Notes: generated by a model from the letters alone, not told the origin. DNA of 64,000 nucleotides from Dehalococcoidia bacterium (GCA_046294495.1 JBKBKV010000003.1:5460-69459); one strand, 5' to 3'; positions 55,020-64,000 are shown, numbered from the stretch's first letter. A program made the numbers and translations.

Positions 55020-55994
55020 CTAGGCATAGATGTCTTGGTAGAGAGACTCTGGGGGTGGCTCAGGGCTGGCGTCGGCGAAGCGGATGGCTTCCTCTACCTC
55101 CGTCTCAACAGCCCGTTCTATTTGAGTCAGTTCCTCCAGGGTAGCGACGGCGTTCTCCAGCAGGTAGCGCTGGAAGGTGGGAATAGGGTCGCGGGCCTTC
55201 CACATCTCCTCCTCACCCCTGTCCCGGTATTCCACCGGGTCGGCCATGGAGTGGCCCCGGAAGCGGTATGTGAGGGCCTCTAGGAAGAAAGGGCCCTTCC
55301 CCTGGCGGGCGTGCTGAACGGCCCGCTGGGCCGACTCCCGCACCGCCAGCACATCCATGCCATCGGTCTGCCAGGCGGGGATACGGTAATGGTCGGCAGC
55401 CTTGAACACATCTCGCCCCCCGGCATAGGTGCGGTCAATGTGGGAGCCCATGCCGTAAAGGTTGTTTTCCAGGAAGAAGACGACGGGCAGTTTCCACAGG
55501 GCAGCCAGGTTGAGGGCCTCGTGGAACTCCCCCTGGTTGAGGGCGCCATCGCCGAAGAAGCATACCGTTACCCGTTCTTCACCCTTCAGTTTGGAGGAGA
55601 GGGCTAGGCCCACAGCGACAGGTAGTTGCCCCCCTACGATGGCATAGCCCCCCATAAAGTTACGGCTGACATCAAACAGGTGCATGCTGCCGCCCTTGCC
55701 CTTGCTACACCCCGTTGCCTTGCCGAAGAGTTCGGCCATAACCGACTTGGGGTCCACACCCCGGGCCAGGGCGTGGCCGTGGTCGCGGTAGTGGGTAACC
55801 ACATAGTCCTCGGAGCGCAGGACACTCATACACCCCACAGCGATGGCCTCCTCGCCGATATATAGGTGCAGGAAGCCTCGTATCTTCCCCAGCATATACA
55901 TATCGGCGCACCGCTCCTCAAAGCGCCGGATCAGGAGCATTTGCCGATAAAAGGAGAGCAAATCAGTCTTATTTACACGCTCTTGCAGTTGCAT
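55020..55994 (-). CDS. 2-oxoacid dehydrogenase E1 alpha subunit (ThDP-binding)
   Basis: 324 aa. YRQMLLIRRFEE, YRDHGH, and the ThDP motif FFGDGALNQGEFHEALNLAALWKLPVVFFLENNLYGMG. Confidence 0.9.
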   Translation of the reverse strand: MQLQERVNKTDLLSFYRQMLLIRRFEERCADMYMLGKIRGFLHLYIGEEAIAVGCMSVLRSEDYVVTHYRDHGHALARGVDPKSVMAELFGKATGCSKGKGGSMHLFDVSRNFMGGYAIVGGQLPVAVGLALSSKLKGEERVTVCFFGDGALNQGEFHEALNLAALWKLPVVFFLENNLYGMGSHIDRTYAGGRDVFKAADHYRIPAWQTDGMDVLAVRESAQRAVQHARQGKGPFFLEALTYRFRGHSMADPVEYRDRGEEEMWKARDPIPTFQRYLLENAVATLEELTQIERAVETEVEEAIRFADASPEPPPESLYQDIYA

Positions 55995-56040
55995 TGCACC
56001 TCCTTACCGAAGGGGCGGGAAGGCAAGGGTGTTCCCCGGG

Positions 56041-56976
56041 CTAGTTCTGACTACATCGTTGCAGGAGCGCCTCCCATTCCTGGTCAACGCGCTGCTGAAT
56101 CTCCTCTACCAGTGGGTGATGCTCCTCCTTGAGGAGGTGTGCGAAGCGCCCCTGGGCCTCCAGCCACGCCCGGATAGGGAGTTTGCGGGCGGGACGGTAG
56201 GAGAGGCGCCAGCGCCCCTGCTCCACCTCATACAGGGGCCAGACACAGGTGTCCGCTGCCAGTTTGCTGATGCGGATGGTCTCCTCTGGCGGATAGCGCC
56301 ACCCCCGGGTGCAGGGTGCCAGCACATTGATGAAGGCAGGGCCGTCCACACTTGCCCCCTTCTGCACCTTCTGCATCAGGTCTTTCCAGTGGTGGGGCGC
56401 TGCCTGCGCCACATAGGGGATGCGGTGGGCTGCTGCAATAGCCGTAAGGTCTTTCCGCCATTGGGGCTTGCCTGGGAGCGCGCTCCCCACAGGGGTGGTG
56501 GTGGTCCAAGCCCAGGAGATGGTGGCGCTGCTGCGCTGGGTGCCCGTGTTCATGTAGGCTTCGTTGTTCAAGCAGATGTAGAGGAAGCGGTGCCCCCTCT
56601 CCATAGCGCCGCTGAGCCACTGTAGACCTATGTCGTAGGTGGCACCGTCGCCCCCGAATACCAGAAAGGCCACACCCTCGGGCACCTCTTTCCCCCGTCG
56701 GCGCAGGGCCTTATACGCCGCCTCAACCCCGCTAATTGAGGAGGCGGCGTTCTCAAAGGCGCTGTGGATGAGGGGGACACGCCACGCCGTCCACGGATAG
56801 CGGGTGGTGGAGACCTCCAGACACCCGGTGGCCAGCGCTACAACGGCTGGCTTCCCCAGGGCGTGCAAGACGAGACGCACGATAACCGACTCGGCGCACC
56901 CGGCACACAGGCCATGCCCTGGGGCCAGCAGGTCGGGCTGGCCCGCCAGGTCGCGCAGAACAAGGGGAACGGGCAT
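56041..56976 (-). CDS. porB: 2-oxoacid:ferredoxin oxidoreductase beta subunit (ThDP/Fe-S)
   Basis: 311 aa. Cysteine ligands GLCAGC...TGC and ThDP motif FGGDGATYDIG...NNEAYMNTG. Confidence 0.9.
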   Translation of the reverse strand: MPVPLVLRDLAGQPDLLAPGHGLCAGCAESVIVRLVLHALGKPAVVALATGCLEVSTTRYPWTAWRVPLIHSAFENAASSISGVEAAYKALRRRGKEVPEGVAFLVFGGDGATYDIGLQWLSGAMERGHRFLYICLNNEAYMNTGTQRSSATISWAWTTTTPVGSALPGKPQWRKDLTAIAAAHRIPYVAQAAPHHWKDLMQKVQKGASVDGPAFINVLAPCTRGWRYPPEETIRISKLAADTCVWPLYEVEQGRWRLSYRPARKLPIRAWLEAQGRFAHLLKEEHHPLVEEIQQRVDQEWEALLQRCSQN

Positions 56977-56979
56977 GCT

Positions 56980-58200
56980 TCACCTCCCTTCCCGCAGACC
57001 TAGCCAGCCGGCAAAGCCAGGGGGTGTGGATGGGTTTACCAGTGAACGGAAGGCAGACTCTATCTGGTCAGGGAGGGCCTCCCGTCCACCAATGCCGTAG
57101 GCCCAACCCACCGTCTTCTTGGGCAGGGCGTGGCAGGCCAGGGCGCTGGCCACTTCGGCAAAGAGGGGTAGGGCAGAGGCTCCAGGGGCCAGGGCCCTGT
57201 CCAGCACGCCTACGGCCTGCACATGGGCCAGAGCGCTGGCCACCTCTTGGGTGGGGAAGGGGCGGAAAGAGCGAATGCGGAGCATCCCCGCTCGCAGGCC
57301 ATCACGGCGCAGGCGGTCCACCACTGCTCGCACGGTTCCGGCGGTGGAACCCAGCACCACCAGCGCCACCTCGGCATCCTCTAAGCGATACGGCTCCACT
57401 AACTTGTAGAAGCGTCCGCTAATCTCGCCGAACTCCTGGAAAAGGCTTTCCAACACCCCTTGCGCACAGGTCATCCCCTCCACCTGGCCCCGCTTATGTT
57501 CCATATGAAAGTCCTGAAAGTCCAAAGCCCCAAAGGTAACGGGGTGATGAATGTCCAGCAGGGTGTGGAATGGCTTGAACTCCCCCACAAAGTCGGCCAC
57601 CACACGGTCTGGCAGGAGCAACGCCCGCTCAAGGCAATGGGTAACGATAAAGCCGTCCAGCACATTGGCCACGGGGAGGAGCACCTGGGGGTGCTCCGCC
57701 AGGCGCACAGCAATGATGGCCTGATCGTAGGCCTCCTGTCCATTCTCGGCGAAGAGCATAATCCAACCTGTGTCCCGCATGCCCATGGCATCGCTGTGGT
57801 CGCACAAGATGTTAATGGGGGCAGAGAGGGTGCGAGTGCACAGATGGAGAACGATGGGCAGACGCATGCCCGAGGCTACCCCCAGCAGTTCCCACATAAG
57901 AGCCAGGCCTGGGCCTGATGTGGCAGTTTGGGCGCGAGCGCCAGCAGCGGCCGCCCCGATGCACACGCTCAGTGCGGCGTGTTCGCTCTCCACGGGGACA
58001 AACTCGGTGTGCACCTGGCCGTTAGCCACGAACTGGCTAAAGGCCTCTGTAATAAGGGTCTGGGGGGTAATAGGGTAGGCGGCCACTACATCGGGGCGGC
58101 TCTGGAGCATAGCGTGGGCTACCAGGGTGCCCCCGTCCATTGCCACCGGCGTCCCTAGGCCGTGCACCTGGGGCGCCCGGGGAGATGTCGCTAACGCCAT
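56980..58200 (-). CDS. porA: 2-oxoacid:ferredoxin oxidoreductase alpha subunit
   Basis: The track starts at 58290 and overlaps porD. Trimmed to ATG 58200 (MALATSPRAP...), which follows AAAGGAGG. AAYPITPQT and FVPVESEHAA are typical of PorA. Confidence 0.9.
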   Translation of the reverse strand: MALATSPRAPQVHGLGTPVAMDGGTLVAHAMLQSRPDVVAAYPITPQTLITEAFSQFVANGQVHTEFVPVESEHAALSVCIGAAAAGARAQTATSGPGLALMWELLGVASGMRLPIVLHLCTRTLSAPINILCDHSDAMGMRDTGWIMLFAENGQEAYDQAIIAVRLAEHPQVLLPVANVLDGFIVTHCLERALLLPDRVVADFVGEFKPFHTLLDIHHPVTFGALDFQDFHMEHKRGQVEGMTCAQGVLESLFQEFGEISGRFYKLVEPYRLEDAEVALVVLGSTAGTVRAVVDRLRRDGLRAGMLRIRSFRPFPTQEVASALAHVQAVGVLDRALAPGASALPLFAEVASALACHALPKKTVGWAYGIGGREALPDQIESAFRSLVNPSTPPGFAGWLGLREGR

Positions 58201-58216
58201 AATCGCCTCCTTTAGG

Positions 58217-58513
58217 CTAGGCGGGGATGCTGACAGGCTCCGCCTCCATTCGGATGCAGGCCTTGGGGCACTCTCGTGCGCAGATGCCACATCCCTTGCA
58301 GTGCCCCAGGTCTATCCCCACCAGTTTGCCGTCTCGCACGATAAATGCGCTGTCGGGGCAGAAGGCCCAGCAGATCATGCAGTGCACACAACGCTCCATA
58401 TCAATGACAGGGCGCAGGCTTCGCCAGGAGCCGGTATCTACCTGCACCGAATTGCCCGGCTCCACCAGCAGGCCACCGGGGGGCTCCTCATACCAGGGGC
58501 GCAGTGGGGGCAT
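58217..58513 (-). CDS. porD: 2-oxoacid:ferredoxin oxidoreductase delta subunit (2x[4Fe-4S] ferredoxin)
   Basis: 98 aa. Two CxxCxxCxxxCP motifs (CVHCMICWAFCPD, CKGCGICARECP). Confidence 0.9.
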   Translation of the reverse strand: MPPLRPWYEEPPGGLLVEPGNSVQVDTGSWRSLRPVIDMERCVHCMICWAFCPDSAFIVRDGKLVGIDLGHCKGCGICARECPKACIRMEAEPVSIPA

Positions 58514-58515
58514 GG

Positions 58516-59118
58516 CTACCTCCCTTCCCAGGCATGGACTTCCTGGTATCCCCGTTCAAAGGCGCGCAGGTTGGCCTCCATCACCTGAGGCCCTAGGCGC
58601 TCCCCCAGGCGCTCCCGTAGGGTCGCCCGCGCTGCCTCCAGGGAGACCAATGGGCGCAAGCGCAGAAGGCTCCCCAGGAGGGGGATGTTGGGTATAGGAC
58701 GCCCCAGAGTAGCCTGGGCAATGCCAGTGGCATCCACCGTGGCGACGGTGGCCTGGGGCCACCCCAGGGAGGCGGCCAGGGCCTCGGGGGATGCCGGGGT
58801 ATTTAGCAGGAGCAAGCCTCCAGGGCGCAGGCCCTGCACCACGGGCAGGCGACCCAGCAGGGTATAGTCCAGCACCACAACGATGTGAGGCTCCTGGACG
58901 GGATAGCGGAAAGGGATAGGGGTGTCGGCGATGCGGGTGTAGGCCACCACCGGCGCCCCCGAGCGCTCGGCCCCGAACTCGGGTAGCGACTGGAAGTAAA
59001 GGTTATCCACCAGGGCTGCCTCGGCCAGGAGGTTGCTGGCCGTAACTACCCCCTGCCCGCCACGCCCGTGCCACCGCACCTCCACCCAGCGCCGACCTAC
59101 ATCGCTACCAGCCTCCAT
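58516..59118 (-). CDS. porG: 2-oxoacid:ferredoxin oxidoreductase gamma subunit
   Basis: 200 aa. VRWHGRGGQGVVTASNLLAEAA and FGAERSGAP are typical of PorG. Confidence 0.9.
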   Translation of the reverse strand: MEAGSDVGRRWVEVRWHGRGGQGVVTASNLLAEAALVDNLYFQSLPEFGAERSGAPVVAYTRIADTPIPFRYPVQEPHIVVVLDYTLLGRLPVVQGLRPGGLLLLNTPASPEALAASLGWPQATVATVDATGIAQATLGRPIPNIPLLGSLLRLRPLVSLEAARATLRERLGERLGPQVMEANLRAFERGYQEVHAWEGR

Positions 59119-59150
59119 GGTAGACGCCTCCCCTCTGCCTTCCTCTTATC

Positions 59151-60536
59151 TTAGATGTGTATCGCCTCGCCCAGGGCGGCCAGGGACGCCTCCTTAAGGG
59201 CTTCCGAGAGGGTCGGGTGGGCGTGCACCAGCCACCCTGTCTCCCGAACTGTGCCCTCTAGCAGGCGGGCTAGGGCCATTTCAGGGAGCAGTTCGGTAAC
59301 CTCCGGCCCCACCATATGAACGCCCAGGATTTCGCCATATTGGGCATCGGCCACCACCTTCACAAAACCCTCGCCCTCTCCCAGAGCCAGGGCCTTGCCG
59401 TTGGCCATGAAGGGGAACTTCCCCACCTTCACCTGATGCCCCGCCTCCTGCGCCTGCTTCTCCGTGAGGCCCCAGGAAGCCACCTGGGGGTTGCAGTAGA
59501 CAGCCCGAGGCATAAGGGTGTAGTCCAGGGGGCGCGTCTCTTTGCCGGCGATGGTCTCCACCGCCAGGATGCCCTGGGCCGAGGCCACATGGGCCAGGGG
59601 CATGCGCCCCGTTACATCCCCGATGGCGTAAATGTGGGGTGCGCTGGTGCGCTGGCGCTCGTCCGTTGAGACCCATCCCCCTTTCTCCACACCGACCCCC
59701 GCCTCCTGTAGGCCGATGCCCTCCGAGTTGGGTTGAACCCCCACGCAAACCAGCACTCGCTGGGCCGTGAGGCTCTGGGTGCCCTGGGGTGTATCCACGG
59801 TGAGGGTAGCCTGGCCCCCGTTTCGCTGGAGGCCTGTAACTTTCGCCCCTGTCTGGAAACGAATGCCCTGCTTTTGAAAGGCCCGTTCCAGGGCCTGGGA
59901 GACCTCCTCGTCCTCGTTGGGGAGCAGGTGAGGGAGGAGTTCCACAATGGTAACCTGGACGCCGTAGGCGTTATAGAGGTAGGCGAACTCGCACCCGGTC
60001 GCCCCTCCACCCACGATGATGCAGGAGGCCGGCAGGTCGCGCCGCTCCAGGGCTTCCCTGCTGGTCAAAACAACTTGCCCGTCCAGGGGTAGGACGGGCA
60101 AGGAGCGGGGGCGGGCACCAGTGGCTACTACTACATAGGAGGCGCTGATAATGCGCCCAGAGGCCTTGAGGGCTACCTGCCCGTTCCCCCGCAGGACGGC
60201 CTCATCCCGTATAACTTCTACCTTGCTCTTGCGCAGAAGGAACTCCACCCCTCGCACCAGGCGTTGAACGACCTGGCGGCTCCGCTCTACGGCCTTGCCG
60301 AAGTCCAGGTGTAGGTTGTCAAAGGCAATGCCCCAATCGCTGGCGTGGCGCACATACTGCACCACCTCGGCGTTGCGGAGCAGGGCCTTGGAGGGTATGC
60401 ATCCCCAGTTCAGGCAGATGCCCCCCACATGCTCCCTCTCCACCAGGGCGGTCTTGAGGCCCAGTTGACCTGCACGAATGGCGGCCACATAGCCCCCTGG
60501 GCCACCACCTATCACCACTAGGTCGTAATCGGCCAT
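59151..60536 (-). CDS. lpd: Dihydrolipoyl dehydrogenase (E3 / L-protein)
   Basis: The track's GTG 60572 lies inside the predicted promoter, so I prefer ATG 60536 (MADYDLVVIGGGPGGY). Contains the redox disulfide CLNWGCIPSK and C-terminal HAHPTLSE. Confidence 0.93.
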   Translation of the reverse strand: MADYDLVVIGGGPGGYVAAIRAGQLGLKTALVEREHVGGICLNWGCIPSKALLRNAEVVQYVRHASDWGIAFDNLHLDFGKAVERSRQVVQRLVRGVEFLLRKSKVEVIRDEAVLRGNGQVALKASGRIISASYVVVATGARPRSLPVLPLDGQVVLTSREALERRDLPASCIIVGGGATGCEFAYLYNAYGVQVTIVELLPHLLPNEDEEVSQALERAFQKQGIRFQTGAKVTGLQRNGGQATLTVDTPQGTQSLTAQRVLVCVGVQPNSEGIGLQEAGVGVEKGGWVSTDERQRTSAPHIYAIGDVTGRMPLAHVASAQGILAVETIAGKETRPLDYTLMPRAVYCNPQVASWGLTEKQAQEAGHQVKVGKFPFMANGKALALGEGEGFVKVVADAQYGEILGVHMVGPEVTELLPEMALARLLEGTVRETGWLVHAHPTLSEALKEASLAALGEAIHI

Positions 60537-60695
60537 GTCTGCCCCCGGCAAGGTATCGTTATAGTCTATCACTTCAGAATACCCTGTCTATAGGTGCTTG
60601 TCTAGGGGCGTGCGGCCCCCCTTTCCCTGCAGGAATACCCCCCGATCCCCCCTTTATGGTAAGATACCAACAGCCCACTTCCCGATGGAGCGTCT

Positions 60696-61901
60696 ATGAC
60701 AAGAGACGCCTTGACAGGTATCACAGTCATAGAGGTTGCGGGAGGGGTGGGGATCGGCTACTGCGGACGCCTCCTGGCCGACCAGGGGGCACGGGTGCTC
60801 CTGGTGGAGCCGCCCCAAGGCTCGCCCCTGCGCCGCTCCGGCCCCTTCCCCGGCGAGATCCCCAACCCCGAGGCGAGCGGCCCCTTCCTCTATCTCGGCG
60901 CTGGCAAGGAGAGCATCACCCTGAACCTACACACGGCCACAGGGCGCTTCCTCTTCCGCCATCTCCTGGAGCGCGCCGATGTTCTCCTGGAGGATTTCCC
61001 CCCTGGGGCACTGGAGGGCCTGGGCCTCGCCCCGGCGGACCTCCAGCGCTCCTTCCCCCGCCTGGTGCACCTGAGCCTTACCTGGTTTGGACACGTTGGC
61101 CCCTACGCCCACTACCAGGGGTGCGACCTGGTGGCCTATGCCGTAAGCGGATACGCCTACCTGACGGGAGACCCCGACAAGCCCCCCCTGAAGGCCGGCG
61201 GAAGGCAAACAGAATACCAGGGGGGTGTCAACGGGGCGGTGGCTGTGCTATCGGCCCTTCTGGGAAGGGACCTCACCGGTCGGGGCCAGTGGATAGACCT
61301 CTCGGTTGTGGAGGCTACCGCCCACACCTTTGACGGGGTAACGGTTTTCCAGATGGCCCAGCGAGGCGTTGTGCCCAGGCGCAACGGCACCCGCCTTATC
61401 CAGCGGGAGCCGCACACCGCCTACCCCTCTACCCTTATTCCCGTCAAAGGGGGATGGGTGCACGCCCACTGGTCGCCCCAGAACCCGGAGGGCCTGGCCC
61501 TCCTGGCCCACAACCCGCGCCTGGCCGACCCAGAGGTGCTGGCCACACCTATGGGCCACGCCGACGAGATAGACGCCCTGCTTATAGAAGGGCTAAAGGA
61601 GTGCACACCCCAGGAGGTGATGGAGCAGGCCCAGGAACTGCGCATCCCTTTCACCGTGGTGCAGGATGTGGCCCAGGTGCTAGACGACCCCCAGAACCGG
61701 GCTATGGGCTTCTTCCCCGATGTGGAGCACCCTGTTGCTGGGCGGTGGCGCATCCCCGCTTCCCCCATCCACTGGGACGATGCGCCTTATGAACCCCGTC
61801 GGGCCCCTCTGCTGGGGGAGCACAACCGGAGGGTGTTTTGCCAGGAACTGGGCCTCTCCCCTCAAGACCTGGTGCGCCTACGGGCAGGGGGTGTGGTATG
61901 A
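60696..61901 (+). CDS. Family III CoA-transferase (CaiB/BaiF/Frc-like), subunit 1
   Basis: 401 aa. GITVIEVAGGVGIGYCGRLLADQGARVLLVE N-terminus and family III length and layout. Confidence 0.9.
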   Translation: MTRDALTGITVIEVAGGVGIGYCGRLLADQGARVLLVEPPQGSPLRRSGPFPGEIPNPEASGPFLYLGAGKESITLNLHTATGRFLFRHLLERADVLLEDFPPGALEGLGLAPADLQRSFPRLVHLSLTWFGHVGPYAHYQGCDLVAYAVSGYAYLTGDPDKPPLKAGGRQTEYQGGVNGAVAVLSALLGRDLTGRGQWIDLSVVEATAHTFDGVTVFQMAQRGVVPRRNGTRLIQREPHTAYPSTLIPVKGGWVHAHWSPQNPEGLALLAHNPRLADPEVLATPMGHADEIDALLIEGLKECTPQEVMEQAQELRIPFTVVQDVAQVLDDPQNRAMGFFPDVEHPVAGRWRIPASPIHWDDAPYEPRRAPLLGEHNRRVFCQELGLSPQDLVRLRAGGVV

Positions 61902-63133
61902 GCCTCTCCCTGGAAGGCGTCCGCATCGTAGACCTCACCCTGGTTATCGCCGGGCCTGTTGCCACACGCGTCCTGGCAGCCCTGGGCGCCCAGGTCATCA
62001 AGGTAGAACCCCCCTGGGGACGCACGGTAGGGCGGGTGCACTCCCTCCCCAGCCTCTTGGGGAGCGCTCGCCCCTATAACGCCAACCCCGCCTTCAACGA
62101 AGTGAACCGGGGGAAGATGAGCATCAGCCTGAACCTCCAGCACCCCCTGGGCAAGGAGGCTTTCCTGCGCCTGGTCTCCGTTAGCGATGTGGTGATAGAG
62201 AACTTCAGCCCCCGCGTTCTCCCCAACCTGGGGCTGGACTACCCCATCCTGCGCCAGCACCGCCCAGATATTATCCTGGTTTCCATGCCCGCCCTGGGGC
62301 ACAAAGGCCCCTGGCGCAACTACATCTCCTTCGGGCCAGGCACCGACGCCCTGGGGGGGCTATCCTCCGTCACCGGTTATGAAGGGGGCCAACCTCACAA
62401 GCCGGGCAACTACTACGCCGACCAGAACTCGGCCTACCATACGGCCTTTGCCGTTATGTGCGCCCTGTATCGGCGGCGGCGCACTGGTAAGGGCGCACAC
62501 CTGCGCATCGCCCTGCGGGAGGCCACCCAGGCCGTCATCGGCGAATACTTCCTAGAACCCCAGATGACGGGGCGTGTCCCCACCCGCATGGGGAACCGCC
62601 ACCCATGGATGGCCCCCCACGGTATCTACCCCTGCAAGGGCGAGGACGCATGGGTGGCTCTCGCCTGCGCTGCCGATGAGCACTTCCGCGCCCTGTGCCT
62701 GTTGATTGGCCGCCCCAACCTGGCTGATGACCCCCGTTTCGCCGACACCCTGTCCCGAAAGAGGAACGAGGCCCTGCTAGACGGCCCCATCAGCCAGTGG
62801 ACAAGCCAGCACACCCCGAGGGAGGCCATGCACCTCCTTCAACGGGCGGGGGTGCCTGCAGGGGCCGTGTTTAAGGCGCCAGAGATGCTGGAGGACCCCC
62901 ACTGGAAGGCTTTAGGATTTGTCCAGGAGGTGGAGCACCCGGAGATGGGGCGGGCATTGCACCCAGGCCTGCCCTGGCGCGCCAGCGAGATGACCCCTCG
63001 CCAAGGTGTGCCCGCACCCTTGTATGCGGAGCATAACGAGGCGGTGCTGCACAGTATACTGGGCCTGGATCCGCAGGTGGTTACCCAGATGCGAGAAGAG
63101 AAGGTAGCACCTGCGGAGCCAATAGGAGGCTAG
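61898..63133 (+). CDS. Family III CoA-transferase, subunit 2
   Basis: The track starts at 61838. Trimmed to ATG 61898, which gives an ATGA overlap with the upstream stop (MSLSLEGVRIVDLTLVIAGPVATRVLAALGAQVIKVE). Confidence 0.9.
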   Translation: MSLSLEGVRIVDLTLVIAGPVATRVLAALGAQVIKVEPPWGRTVGRVHSLPSLLGSARPYNANPAFNEVNRGKMSISLNLQHPLGKEAFLRLVSVSDVVIENFSPRVLPNLGLDYPILRQHRPDIILVSMPALGHKGPWRNYISFGPGTDALGGLSSVTGYEGGQPHKPGNYYADQNSAYHTAFAVMCALYRRRRTGKGAHLRIALREATQAVIGEYFLEPQMTGRVPTRMGNRHPWMAPHGIYPCKGEDAWVALACAADEHFRALCLLIGRPNLADDPRFADTLSRKRNEALLDGPISQWTSQHTPREAMHLLQRAGVPAGAVFKAPEMLEDPHWKALGFVQEVEHPEMGRALHPGLPWRASEMTPRQGVPAPLYAEHNEAVLHSILGLDPQVVTQMREEKVAPAEPIGG

Positions 63134-63179
63134 AGGAGATACTCGCTCACATTACGACAGGAATAGAAAAGGAGGCGCC

Positions 63180-64000
63180 ATGCCCCACCACCTGCGCGAC
63201 AAATACTGCATCGTGGGCGCCGCTACTACCCGCTTCGGCAAGATCCCAGGCGTTAGTGCCCTAGGGTGGACGGTAGAGGCCGCCCGCCTGGCCCTGGAGG
63301 ACGCAGGCATAGACAAGTCCGAGGTGGACGCTGTCCTGTGTAAATATCCACCTACTGGCTTCCAGAGCCTGTGGGCGCACAAAGTAGCCCAGGCCCTGGG
63401 CATCCAGCCACCCGTATGTGCCACCATCGACCAGGCCGGGGCCACCAACATAGGCCTGGTGCAATACGCCATGCTGATGATAGAGGCTGGCCTGTGCCAT
63501 GTGGCCGTTTGTTGTTATGGGGACAACCCAGCCAGCGGCCCCCCAGGCACCTACGCTCGCGCCCGGGGCATTGAGGCAGCCATGGGATGGTTTGGGGTTA
63601 TCCCCGGCTACGCCATGATCGCCCAGCGCCATATGATAGAGTTCGGCACCACCCACGAGCACCTGGCAGCGGTGGCCATCTCCAACCGCAAGTGGGCCTC
63701 CAAGAACCCCAACGCCCACATGCGAGAGCCTATTACCCTTGAGGATTATCATAACTCCCGCTGGGTGTGCTGGCCCTTCCACTTGCTGGACTGCACCCTC
63801 ATCTCCGACGGGGGGGCAGCAGTGGTGGTAACCTCCGCCGACCGGGCGCGCCATCTGCGCAAAAGGCCCGTTTACATCATGGGCATAGGCCAGCACCATA
63901 TCGCTTGGGACCTGCCCAATCGCCCTACCCTGACCACCAGCGGGGCCAAGATATCGGGGGAGATAGCCTTCCGTATGGCGGGCATCAAGCCGCAGGATGT
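63180..64000 (+). CDS. Thiolase-like protein (SCP-x / BbsB-type nonspecific thiolase family); 3' end runs off the window
   Basis: Absent from the track because it runs off the edge. My translation from ATG 63180, which follows AAAGGAGG, gives MPHHLRDKYCIVGAATTRFGKIPGVSALGWTVEAARLALEDAGI...DQAGATN...AISNRKWASKNPNAHMR. Confidence 0.8.
   Translation, partial: MPHHLRDKYCIVGAATTRFGKIPGVSALGWTVEAARLALEDAGIDKSEVDAVLCKYPPTGFQSLWAHKVAQALGIQPPVCATIDQAGATNIGLVQYAMLMIEAGLCHVAVCCYGDNPASGPPGTYARARGIEAAMGWFGVIPGYAMIAQRHMIEFGTTHEHLAAVAISNRKWASKNPNAHMREPITLEDYHNSRWVCWPFHLLDCTLISDGGAAVVVTSADRARHLRKRPVYIMGIGQHHIAWDLPNRPTLTTSGAKISGEIAFRMAGIKPQD

Noticed and set aside
1-64000. Scan for CRISPR arrays, tRNA, rRNA or tmRNA genes, transposases, integrases, phage genes and toxin-antitoxin pairs.
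   Set aside because: No regularly spaced direct repeats. No T-loop-like GGTTCGAATCC motif in any intergenic region. No ORF with recombinase, transposase or phage structural motifs. A visual scan is not exhaustive, so tRNAscan-SE, cmscan and a CRISPR finder should confirm this.

Overview
A 64-kb, visibly GC-rich chromosomal segment, densely coding (about 58 protein genes). I saw no rRNA or tRNA genes, CRISPR array, transposase or integrase. The ORF track counts GTG and TTG as starts and always takes the longest ORF, so I trimmed several N-termini to starts that have a Shine-Dalgarno sequence and do not overlap the neighbouring gene. Content in order: (1) glycine cleavage operon gcvT-gcvH-gcvPA; (2) an operon of a LeuCD-like hydro-lyase, an isocitrate-lyase/PEP-mutase-family enzyme and an FAD reductase; (3) an SDR and a convergent OmpR/histidine-kinase pair; (4) a monoderm-style type IV pilus/pseudopilus locus (pilB, pilC, pilO-like, fused pilM-pilN, pilin, a LuxR-type gene, and a divergent minor-pilin operon ending in a large DUF11-repeat protein); (5) etfBA; (6) dnaA with no adjacent dnaN; (7) GT2, ftsH, rtcB and an M16 peptidase; (8) late System I cytochrome c maturation genes (ccmH, ccmF, ccmI-like, ccmG-like) with one unknown embedded gene; (9) an MMPL transporter; (10) a peptide-type ABC importer with no ATPase genes; (11) a ThDP enzyme; (12) a tightly coupled AAA+ / DNA methyltransferase / vWA operon; (13) a csoR-copA copper cluster with small Met/His-rich and YHS proteins; (14) an lpd-porGDAB-E1alpha/beta 2-oxoacid operon with no E2; (15) two family III CoA-transferases plus a thiolase-like gene. 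Gene content and composition suggest a thermophilic Chloroflexota-like or similar monoderm lineage, but that is inference only. My best candidate for an undescribed system is the AAA+ (ChlI/MoxR-like) / beta-class SPPY DNA methyltransferase / vWA(MIDAS) operon at 44588-49247. The next candidates are the E2-less hybrid 2-oxoacid operon and the atypical pilus locus. All family calls rest on motifs read by eye in the supplied translations. No database search was run.
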